In this document: positions 9,227-19,108 of the stretch, piece by piece
Position numbering within the stretch: the stretch's first letter is position 1
Layout: every line of letters begins with the position of its first letter
Source: Azolla caroliniana
Lineage: Eukaryota > Plantae > Polypodiophyta
DNA: 31,613 nucleotides
Assembly (NCBI GenBank): GCA_043228905.1
Contig: JBHGNT010000361.1
Location: forward strand, 1-31,613
Reading direction: 5' to 3'
Made by a program: the position numbers and the translations under genes
The notes under the pieces: model-generated
Database searches by the model: none
What the model was told of the DNA's origin: nothing
Seen by the model: only the letters and a program-made list of their open reading frames with translations

Positions 9227-11056
9227 AAAAATTAATATAAAAAAAAACTAAAATTCTTAGGTCAAATCTGATTATTGGTGCCAATTGGGGGTAGATTAGG
9301 GTAGATCATATCCAAATTTCAAATTATTATCTGTACTATTAAGAAAGTTACGAGCGCTAAAAGTCAAAAATTAAACGACGGGTTGGCGTGAGAATGCAGA
9401 CATTTGGAAAAATTAATATTTAAAAAAACTAAAATTCTTAGGTCAAATCTGATTGTTCGTGTCAATTAGGGGTAGATTAGGGTAGATCATATAAAAATTT
9501 CAAATTAATATCTTTGTTATTAGGAAAGTTGTGAGCGCTCAAAGTCAAAGATGAAACGACGGGCTGGCGTGAGAATGCAGACATTTGGAAAAATTAATAT
9601 AAAAAAAACTAAAATTCCTAGGTCAAATTTGATTGTTCGTGTCAATTAGGGGTAGATTAGGGTAGATCATATCCAAATTTCAAATTAATATATTTGTTAT
9701 TAGGAAAGTTGTGGGCGCTCAAAGTCAAAGATGAAACGACGGGCTGGCGTGAGAATGCAGACATTTGGAAAAATTAATATTTTAAAAAACTAAAATTCTT
9801 AGGTCAAATCTGATTGTTCGTGTCTATTAGGGGTAGATTAGGGTAGATCATATCCAAATTTCAAATTAATATCTTTGTTATTAGGAAAGTTGTGAGCGCT
9901 CAAAGTCAAGGATTAAACGACGGGCTGGCGTGAGAATGCAGACATTTGGAAAAATTAATATTTAAAAAAACTAATATTCTTAGGTCAAATCTGATTGTTG
10001 GTGTCAATTAGAGGTAGATTAGGGTAGATCATATAGAAATTTCAAATTAATATATTTGTTATTAGGAAAGTTGTGAGCGCTCAAAGTTAAAGATGAAACG
10101 ACGGGCTGGCGTGAGAATGCAGACATTTGGAAAAATTAATATTTAAAAAAACTAAAAGTCTTGGGTCAAATCTGATTATTCTCGTCAATTAGGGGTAGAT
10201 TAGGGTAGATCATATCCAATTTTCAAATTAATATCTTTGTTATTAGGAAAGTTGGGAGCGCTCAAAGTTAAAGATGAAACAACGGGCTGGCGTGAGAATG
10301 CAGACATTTGGAAAAATTAATATTTAAAAAAACTAAAATTCTTAGGTCAAATCTGATTGTTTGTGCCGATTAAGGGGAGATTAGGGTAGATCATATCCAA
10401 ATTTAAAATTAATATATTCATTATTAGAAAAGTAACGAGCGCTCAAAGTCAAAGATGAAACGACAGGCTGGCGTGAGAATGCAGACAGTTGGAAAAATTA
10501 AAATTTAAGAAAACTAAAATTTTTAGGTCAAATCTGATTATTTGTGTCAATTAGGGGTAGATAAGGGTAGATCATATAAAAATTTCAAATTAATATCTTT
10601 GTTATTAGGAAAATTGTGAGCGCTCAAAGTCAAAGATGAAACGACGGGCTGGCGTGAGAATGCAGACATTTGGAAAAATTATTATTTAAGAAAACTAAAA
10701 TTCTTGGGTCAAATCTGATTGTTTGTGCCGATTAAGGGTAGATTAGGGTAGATCATATCCAAATTTCAAATTAATATATTTGTTATTAGAAAAGTTACGA
10801 GCGCTCAAAGTCGAAGATGAAACGAAGGGCTGGCGTGAGAATGCAGACATTTGGAAAAATTAATATTAAAAAAAACTAAAATTCTTAGGGCAAATTTGAT
10901 TGTTCGTGTCAATTAGGGGTAGATTAGGGTAGATCATATCCAAATTTCAAATTAATATATTTGTTATTAGAAAACTTACGAGCGCTCAAATTCAAAGATG
11001 AAACGACGGGCTGGCGTGAGAATGCAGACCTTTGGAAAATTAATATTAAAAAAACT
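9227..11056. repeat. Tandem array, 10 full copies plus a partial of a ~181-bp unit (satellite-like)
   Basis: GGCGTGAGAATGCAGAC recurs 10 times at 180-182 bp spacing. The internal subrepeat is TTAGGG(G)TAGA x2. The first unit is the most diverged. Confidence 0.97.
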
Positions 11057-11129
11057 AGTTTCCAGATACCATTGAATGAGCTGGATAATTGTGTCCGGTC
11101 TGGATCAAAAGTCAATAACAAATTGCAGA

Positions 11130-11154
11130 AGTACTCTGCGTTGATACACTGCTT
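11130..11154 (-). other. Library adapter remnant (SMART/ISPCR = PacBio ultra-low-input amplification adapter AAGCAGTGGTATCAACGCAGAGTACT), artefact
   Basis: The + strand reads AGTACTCTGCGTTGATAC-ACTGCTT, the reverse complement of the adapter with one C missing (25 of 26 bases). Confidence 0.95.
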
Positions 11155-11431
11155 GCAAATATAATATTTATTTTTTTAATTTGAAATAATCAATTCTATT
11201 AAAGGTTAATTTTGAATGGCTATAGGCTAGACTTCGCCTTTATATTGAATATAAATATTGTAAATTTATTAAAACCTAAGTTGTGTAATTTGGATGTAAT
11301 AAAAGAGGTTTTGATATTATTATTATTAAATTGACGATGTCCAAACTAAAATGCAATGAAATAATGTTTTGGAAATATTCTTTATAAATTTTGGATTTGG
11401 GTTTTTTTCGTTAGATTTTAATTTTTCTTTA

Positions 11432-12305
11432 AGGCAGGTTACCACCAGAAGGACAAAACAAGAGTACAAAAACGTGTGTAAAAAAAAACAAAACGATGTG
11501 TCTCGATTGAAAGCGGTGAAAACAAAGGATTTCAACGTGTTTATGTATTTAGTCGGCTTAGTGAAAACGAGTAGTTCTGTTTATGTTTTGGTTTTTTGAC
11601 TTGGCATTTATTTTTGTGCAACATTTATTAATTAGCAACTATAGTAATCTGTAGTATAATTTACGAATTGGTAAGTATAGTGTGACGATGGGCCCGTAGC
11701 GATATTTGAAAAAGTGTTTGGAATTAAAATATGAAATTTGCAAAAGGGAACTGATGCCCGTTACAAACTTCGTTTTTTAAAGGTTTAAATCGCAGTCCTA
11801 ATTAGTGTTATTAACTCTTCAAATCAGAGTTACTCATTTTCGGGAAATTATAGAATGACGATCGTAACTCCCTGTTCAATCCATTATCATCATTAATGAG
11901 CTCTTGCATCAACTTCGTAGCACAATCTTTCTTTCTTCTACTTAAAAATGAGCTAACCCAGTATCTATGTCGTCGTTTTTTCCTAAAAACATACGCCTAC
12001 AGTAACCAAAAAAACACATAATCCACATACACACTTTCTTTCCCAGGATCGCACACAAAAACCAGCCAGGGGCAAGTAACAAGAAATCTTTTTCAATAAA
12101 CATATTTCCAGTTCGAGTAAACTGCACTGGACTACACCAAGTTTATAGACAAGTCTCGTCAATGGAAAAGGACTAGAAACAAAACACCCAAAAAATCTTT
12201 AGTGTAAACGGAGCTTATGATTTGTCCCAAGATTTTTTTTTCTGTGTTTTCAAAAACATGAACAAAACCTGATCTCGACAAGTCCGTTAAGTGGAAACCC
12301 GCCCT
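11432..12305 (-). mobile_element. Decayed PIF/Harbinger-like element
   Basis: Imperfect TIRs AGGCAGGTTACCAC and GTGGAAACCCGCCCT, flanked by TTA (11429-11431, 12306-12308). The minus-strand remnant LMQELINDD...LRSSFYNFPKMSNSD(F)EELITLI (about 11800-11945) resembles the Harbinger transposase N-terminal F.NF.RMS..DFE.L motif. Confidence 0.55.
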
Positions 12306-12391
12306 TTAGGTTTGACACCCGCTACAGATACAGAGCTAACTTCAATATTTTTATTTTTGGAGTAAATTGGCGAACGCACCGCCATCGACAA

Positions 12392-12403
12392 CCAGTGCTG
12401 CCA
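12392..12403 (-). promoter_or_regulatory. Housekeeping core-promoter motif TGGCAGCACTGG (Ohler motif 8-like, YGGCARC) upstream of RpL13
   Basis: Consensus match about 45 bp upstream of the pyrimidine initiator. Confidence 0.4.
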
Positions 12404-12446
12404 ACAGCATTGACGTGTTGTCAATCTCCCTAAAACTAACCAAAAA

Positions 12447-12454
12447 CCTTTTTC
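12447..12454 (+). promoter_or_regulatory. TCT/5'-TOP-like polypyrimidine initiator of RpL13
   Basis: CCTTTTTC about 60 bp upstream of the ATG, as expected for ribosomal protein genes. Confidence 0.6.
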
Positions 12455-12514
12455 GAGTCGTCCATTTCGACGTGCACGTTGTTGTAGAATTGCCTGTGAT
12501 AAAACACACTCACG

Positions 12515-12720
12515 ATGGCACCAAAACGCAATAATATGATTCCAATGGCCATTTCCGCAAGGATTGGCAAAGATTTGTAAAAACTTGGTTTAACCAGCCG
12601 GCCAGGAAAGTGAGGAGACATCAAAACCGCGTGAAAAAAGCCAGAGCTATCGCACCCAGGCCAGCTGCAGGACCTCTTAGGCCCGTCGTAAGATGCCCTA
12701 CTGTCAGATACCACACCAAG
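12515..12720 (+). CDS. RpL13: 60S ribosomal protein L13 (eL13), exon 1; one base missing at 12544-12545
   Basis: [69 protein letters not shown]; GT at 12721. Confidence 0.93.
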
Positions 12721-12849
12721 GTAATAATTGTATATAATGTTTATGTCCGTTTGTTTTATTTACAAAGAAAATATCAATTTGTAATTGATTGTTAGGTTAG
12801 ATTTTCTGTTTCTATCTGAGGTTTCCTAAGGCCACTTGTATTTTTTTAG

Positions 12850-13005
12850 ATACGCGCTGGACGCGGATTTACCTTACAAGAACTTAAGGCAGCCGGACTT
12901 AACCCCAGATTTGCTCGCACTGTTTGGAATTGCTGTAGATCATCGCAGGAGGAACAAGTCTGTTGAATCTGTTCAAGTCAATGCTCAGCGTTTAAAGGAA
13001 TATAA
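12850..13005 (+). CDS. RpL13: RpL13 exon 2; one extra T at 12923-12925
   Basis: IRAGRGFTLQELKAAGLNPRFARTV/GIAVDHRRRNKSVESVQVNAQRLKEYK; AG ends at 12849, GTAAG at 13006. Confidence 0.93.
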
Positions 13006-13079
13006 GTAAGCAAATTACCAAATGTTTTAGTTTCTGTGTAATTTTTAAATGTTTTATTATATTTACGTTATAATTTTAG

Positions 13080-13269
13080 ATCCAAATTGATCTTATTCCC
13101 TGTGCATAATAAGAAGAAGTTGCGTGCTGGTGAAGCTACTGAAGAGGAACGGTAAGGTAGCCAGCCAATTGACTGGTGAGGTACTGCCTATTAAACAATC
13201 CGCCATCAAGACGAAAGCACGTGTACCCACCGAGGAAGAAAAGAAGTTCGAAGCCTACATTACCTTAAG
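13080..13269 (+). CDS. RpL13: RpL13 exon 3; one extra G at 13151-13152
   Basis: SKLILFPVHNKKKLRAGEATEEER/KVASQLTGEVLPIKQSAIKTKARVPTEEEKKFEAYITLR; GTAAGT at 13270. Confidence 0.93.
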
Positions 13270-13335
13270 GTAAGTTAAGAATCGTTGAAATTTTAAACCT
13301 TTATTTACTCACAATTTGTTTTCATATATTTACAT

Positions 13336-15684
13336 TGTAATTGTTTCATATAGCTGCTTCCGCTATTTTTGAAGATTCTTTTACAGGCTACTTATATGGG
13401 TACAACATAATAATAATCCGATGGGGGAGCTTCAAACATTCATTAATCTGTTATAAACAAATATAATTATAATATTACCTACATACCTGTTCGTGGATAA
13501 AACAGCAATAATTCAACAGAAGATAAACCCATAATATATTTAACATCACCTACGGCAGTTTTTTCTTTATGAAAATATAACAAAAACTATAAACTTTTAC
13601 AATAATTTGGTCTTAGTCATTGTTTATTGTGCAAGGAGAGGCTGGTGCCCTTTTAATAATAATTGGGATGTTGCCACATTTTTTCCCTATGTTCATAAAG
13701 TGTTCTTTTAAACAAGGAATGTTCAAGAAAATATGAATTAATAATTTTAAACATGGCTTACTGATTGATTTGTTGCTTTATTCTTAAAAGCCCTTTTTAT
13801 AATGTAGCCAATGTATTACTCAGTAATAATTAATTTAATATAAAACTTCCAAACCAAAGTATTGAATAAAATTAAGTGAATTTAAGTATACAAGCTTAAA
13901 TAAAAAATTGCCTTGAAATATCTTATCTAATAACAGGTGTCTCCATCCACAAGGGATCTTTAGTGCAACTGAAGGTTTTTCCCTTTTGTGGCGTAAGACG
14001 TTAGTAACTAATTTACGGTTAAATATTTAACTACGGTTAGTTTTAGTTAGGTTTGTTTTAAAACAATAATAAATCGCGTTTATAACATCGGCAATATTAC
14101 CTACAAACTGCTTTTTTTCCCTAATTACTATATCACTGTAGCAGTTTGGCAGCGCTGTTAAACTAAGATGGCCCGATATACGTAAAGCAATTTATAAACA
14201 AACAAAAATTATTGTAAATGTTTGTAATATTTTTATGCGAAAAAAGTGTTTGTAAGTTTATTATTTCAATCTAGTACATACAGAGTTACAAACTCCAAAT
14301 AGTACAATACAAATCAAACATAGAACAAAACATAATGGCTAAGTAATTAGTTATGACCAATATCATGTCATCATAAAGTCTTAACAGCCACACGAAAATA
14401 CTCTAATTTAAATCTAAATATGTCAATGCTGTTATAGTGTTCGTTGAAGTTACACATCAGTCTTTGACTAAAATTTTGAGAGCCGTAATTTGTTCGATGA
14501 AATGTTTGTGCAAATAATGTGTTTGTTCTAGTGGTTCTTTGTGAAATCCTTATTTGCATTGATGTGAGAAGTTGGGGACACTGAATTTGATGATTCAGCA
14601 GCTTGTACGTAAACAAAGCCATGACTTTGTTCTTTCTGCGTTGTTCTAGAGATTGCATTCCAGCCAACGTTATTCTTGTTGAATAAGATATATCTTTATA
14701 TGGAAACCTGTACTTATATAGTAGGAACTTTATGAACTTATTCTGTACACGTTCCAGTCGCCTCCTTATGGCACTGATAGTATGGAGACCATATAACACT
14801 ATTGTACTCTAACACACTAAGAACGAGACAATTATATAACGATTGTATAACTTTGTATCAAACATTTTCATACAAGTTCTTCAAATAAAGCCAATCATTC
14901 TTGAGGGCCTTCAGCACAACGGAGTCAATATGTCGATTAAAACTTAAGTCATTGCTAAATATTACTCCCAAATCGCTAAAAATGATCAACAACTTCAAGA
15001 AAAGTATCATTCACAAAATAATTAACCTCTACGGACGTTTACATTTTAAAATCGCATAACTTTGCACTTAGCTACATTTAATTCCAGACAGTTATTAATA
15101 CACCACAAAATTCAGTCTTGTTAAGTCTTCTTGAACTTTCACGCAGTCATCTTTGGTTTTAATAACGCTAAAAGCTTTAGGTCATCTGCATATAATGAAA
15201 ATTTACAGTTTTTGAGTACAGACGATACACTGTTTATAGACAAGAGAAACAACACGGGTCCCAGATGAGAACCCTGAGGTACACCAGATGTAACATGTAT
15301 TTCTCGGGACGCTCTTGTTCCAAACTTCACTTGCTGCTTTCGGTCTGTTAAGTAGGATTTTATCCAATTGATATACCCATCTCTTAAACCTAAACTCTTT
15401 ATTTTCTCGATGAGGAAGGAATGGGATACCCGGTCAAAAAAAGTTAGTGTAGTGTTTATGCCCTATTGAACTATTGCTGTTGTCTCCCCCACCCAGCATC
15501 CCTGTTCACTCTCACACCCGTATGTGAGTATTATAATTATATTTGTTCATAAAAAACTATTGAAAACATTTTTTGAAGCTCCCCCACCGGATTATTATTA
15601 TGTTGTACCCATATAAGTAGCATGTAAATTTTTTTAAAAAAAATCTTCAAAAATACCCGGTAACAGCTATATGAAACAATTACC
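13336..15684. mobile_element. Non-autonomous TIR element with ~150-bp imperfect TIRs and 8-bp TSD ATTTACAT (Merlin-like) in RpL13 intron 3
   Basis: 13336-13486 is inverted relative to about 15519-15684 (e.g. GTAATTGTTTCATATAGCTG / CAGCTATATGAAACAATTAC). TSD at 13328-13335 and 15685-15692. The right terminus reads GGTAA. Confidence 0.8.
14258..15437 (-). mobile_element. 5'-truncated, frameshifted CR1/Jockey-group LINE nested in the TIR element
   Basis: FDRVSH, SGVPQGSHLGPVLF, LYADDLK and LERVQNKF motifs; stop at 14371; AATAAA at the 3' end. Confidence 0.88.
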
Positions 15685-16836
15685 ATTTACATCATTTTAA
15701 AAATTATTTATTCTAATTTTTCTCTAAATTGACTTGTACTTTCTTCTTCACTAGTGTTGTTAAAACTCTTCACCCACATAAAATAATGCCAAAAAAAACT
15801 TCAGTTTCACATGTCCATAAAAAAAGGCCATTAGGAAATTTATGATTTCTAGTTTTTTATTTCTATGAAGTAATATGCGTACACAGTAAATCTCACTTTT
15901 TATTCTCTTAGAAAAATCTTTTGTAGGTATTTGGTAATTGAGAGCATGGAAAGCACAAAAGTATAACTTTAAAAATTTAGGCCGTCAGGTATTTAGGTTC
16001 ATTTATAAAGTGACATAATATAAAGAAAAATATTTTTGTAACGACATTTTTTTGCATGTGGTTAGAGATAATTAAACACAGTAGTAGTACTCACATTTAA
16101 CAAGACAAGAATTTAAAAATTATATTTTTAAACTATTTGATTTTTATTTAGGAAGTTATATTTGTCATTGTCATCCCATAAAGCCAAAATATTAAGACTA
16201 CCTTAAAATATTTTCATTTTAAAACCCATATTTTGGAAATTCATAATATTGACCACTTTTAACTTCATCTTGCATAGGATTTTTAATTTTATTTAAATAT
16301 ATATTACTGTAACAAAATTTGAATTACATTTAAATCATGTTAAAAAAATTCTAATATATTGCAGCTTTCTATTGCGAGAACTTTCATTATTTAAAAGTAC
16401 AAAAAAAGTAAACAAGTTTCGTAGTTCTTGTGGATATATAGAGGATTTCGATAATTGTAGTGTTAATAAAGTTTTTTTTTTGTTTTAAAAGATGTTTTCA
16501 GGAATAAGGTATCTATAAATTGTAAAATGGAAATTTTTTTTTTTTTACTTGATACTGTCTTGTTTGGGTTAGACTACGATAATAGTATGGTTATGATTTC
16601 TTTATTAACAATGGGGTCTTTAAAAGTTGTTTTTAAAGCTTATTTCTTCCTGCAAATGTTAATTTATTGGTATATTTATATTCATTGTCTAAATATTTTC
16701 TTAAATAAACACATTATTTATGAGTATGCATGAACTTATAACTAACATGAATAATAATTTGTTGTGTTTAAGGGTACAAAAGTTTGGTTACGTTTTACTA
16801 AAACCTGTGTTTAATATTTGTTTTGTCTGTTTTTAG

Positions 16837-16951
16837 GAAAGCCCGTGCTGACGCCAGGTTAGTGGGTATCAGAGCCAAGAGAGCAAAGGACGCTGCTGAA
16901 AATCCCGAAGATGTGACGAAAGTTGGCGGAGACAAGAAAGCCAAGAAGTAA
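16837..16951 (+). CDS. RpL13: RpL13 exon 4 (last)
   Basis: TTTTAG acceptor; KARADARLVGIRAKRAKDAAENPEDVTKVGGDKKAKK*; AATAAA at 16996-17001. Confidence 0.93.
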
Positions 16952-17640
16952 ATTACATTTCCGCTTAATTGTTTATATTTTGTAAGACTATAAAAAATAA
17001 AAAAGGTTTTAAAAACCTCTGTTTTTTATTCATTAGGTTTTGTAAACTTGCCGAAAGGGTTTGCCAAGCTATTATTAGGCCGTGTCCACTTGTTTGTCAG
17101 TCTGCAACCAGCATTGGAAATAGAAAATGTATTTTATTAAATCATAGCTACTCAAATTCAACCTTTAATAGAATTGATTATTTTAAATAAAAAATATAAA
17201 TACTGTTTGCAAGGACAAGTGCAAAAAAAAAATTAAAACTACTAACAAAAATTATTCAGAAATTAGTTTTAGTAAAAAGCTTTATAATATTTTCGACATG
17301 TCATTTAAAATTTAGTTTATTATCACACAATATAACACATTAAAGTCCAAAGGCGGGTAACTCCGTAACATTACCAATCTGTCATGTTTTGCTTGTACAC
17401 TGGTGGGCACAATTTATGTACAGTTATTGGTTCCTCACAGATGTATACATAGTACCAAAAAAACAAATCAAAAGACGGTCCATATATAACATGTTAAGAA
17501 AGAATTTCAAATGAAAAAATGCATTTAAACATAGTCTAAATGCATTAAATATACCATAGAACAAAAACAAGTTGTCAAAAAATCAATTAAAAATGTATTG
17601 GCAAAATATATTACATGGACAATTCTCCTAATTAAAAATA

Positions 17641-17802
17641 TCACTTTCCTCTTCCTCTACTTGATGATCCCCTAAAAGGTTTACCTCCTTTTTTAAAACT
17701 CGGTTTTTCTTGGGTATCCTCTTTTGCAACACATTCATCATGTAAAGAAGAGTATAACGCTTGCGCATCATTGGCGTTACCCAAAATACTTTTTAATTCA
17801 TC
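17641..17802 (-). CDS. ERCC4: DNA repair endonuclease XPF (ERCC4/mei-9), last exon
   Basis: DELKSILGNANDAQALYSSLH...RGRGK*; compare human XPF [27 protein letters not shown] acceptor. Confidence 0.9.
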   Translation of the reverse strand, partial: DELKSILGNANDAQALYSSLHDECVAKEDTQEKPSFKKGGKPFRGSSSRGRGK

Positions 17803-18384
17803 CTAAAAATGAATGTAATTTACTAATTTAAACACTCTTCATTTGGTAACTGATCTTAATAGTTTTATTTAGTGTATTATACGTGTAATCATTTATTTTA
17901 ATTGTATTAGCAAATATGCCTATTCATTTTTAACATGTTTTTTTCCCTTCGTTTATACATCTGAAATTATTTCAAAATTTTAAATAAAGATAACAATTTT
18001 ATAATAGTATTGGCTTTTACTTGATGAAAATCCATTTAAATTGAAATTTTCACAAAAAATAATAAACATATTTAAAATAGTGACATGTTTCGTTACACAA
18101 TAACTTCTTTGGACTGATAAATATTTTTAAACTTATGTAATATATACCACAAAGAATTTACCTGAAAGTTAAATTTTAAGAAAGGAGCATCTAATTAGAT
18201 TAGGTAGACCTTTTTTAACACAAAGCAAGAAGGTTTAACAGTGGAGAATTATTCAAATCAATTTGGTAATTTAACAATAAGCTGGAATTTCTAGGTTTAT
18301 TAATCTCTAATGACTCTAGGTAGTTCAAACGTATATCTTTGTTTTGAATATGAAGTATATTAACACACAATAAATGCAAAAAAG

Positions 18385-19108
18385 TTACAATATCCTTGAA
18401 AAGAACGCAAATAAGATTTCCTTATACTATTGGTGACGATACTTTGGATGAAGTTGATTGTGTGAGAGATCTGGGTGTATACATGGATAATAAACTGTCG
18501 TTTAGGAATCACATTGATAAAACTGTCTCTTCAGCTCTAAGGAGTCTTGGCTTCCTAATACGTTCAACACGGTCCTTTAAAAATATTGACTGCATTGTGG
18601 CTTTAATTAGATCAAGACTCGATTATTCATCTGTTGTATGGTCACCAATATACAACAATTCTATTAACCGGTTGGAAGCCGTTCAGAGACGTTTTCTTAA
18701 ATTTATTGTATATAAGATTGATAGGGTTTACCCACAGAGAGGAACTGATCACAATGCTCTTCTAAACAGATTTGATTTTCTGTCATTGAAGAACGGCAGA
18801 GAGTGTAGTACCCTGGTTTTTCTTTTTAAGCTTGATAATGGCTTGGTGGACTGTCCACAGCTATTGGAGCAACTTAACTTCCACATTCCTCGATTAGGGA
18901 CCAGGAACTTTAATCTTTTTTATCCTGATATGCCATCCATTAATGCCACTACTAAGGCTCCTTTGTTTCAAGCTTGTAAACTCTTCAACTCGGTTAGTAA
19001 CCAAATCAATATTGATCTCTTCAGCCAGAGTTTAATTCAATTTAGAACCAGTGTCCGAGCTCATGCCAGAAACTCACAACACTGACTACCTTTTCTTTGT
19101 GCTATTTC
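18385..19108 (+). mobile_element. CR1/Jockey-group LINE fragment, same family as 494-1398, lacking most of the 3' UTR and tail
   Basis: ORF 18396-19085 is almost identical to the C-terminal part of ORF 686-1603; homology ends at GCTATTT (19108). Confidence 0.92.

Noticed and set aside
9280-10935. TTAGG/TTAGGG motifs as interstitial telomere or G-quadruplex
   Set aside because: Only two non-contiguous copies with G-runs per monomer, not tandem telomeric repeats, and too few clustered G-runs.
9227-11056. Regular repeats as a CRISPR-like array
   Set aside because: The whole 181-bp unit repeats with no unique spacers; eukaryotic context and no cas genes.
11125-11139. GCAGA-AGTAC-TCTGC hairpin as a Helitron/Helentron 3' end
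   Set aside because: The right arm is part of the library adapter.
12436-12714. 92-aa minus-strand ORF and other short antisense ORFs (e.g. 1271-1513, 2018-2239, 8246-8428, 25314-25496)
   Set aside because: Shadows of real exons or TE ORFs with no recognisable motifs.
12721-16836. Intronic snoRNA in RpL13 (ribosomal protein genes often host them)
   Set aside because: A CTGA near 12817 has no convincing C box or terminal stem, and no clear H/ACA fold is visible by eye; an Infernal/Rfam scan would be needed.
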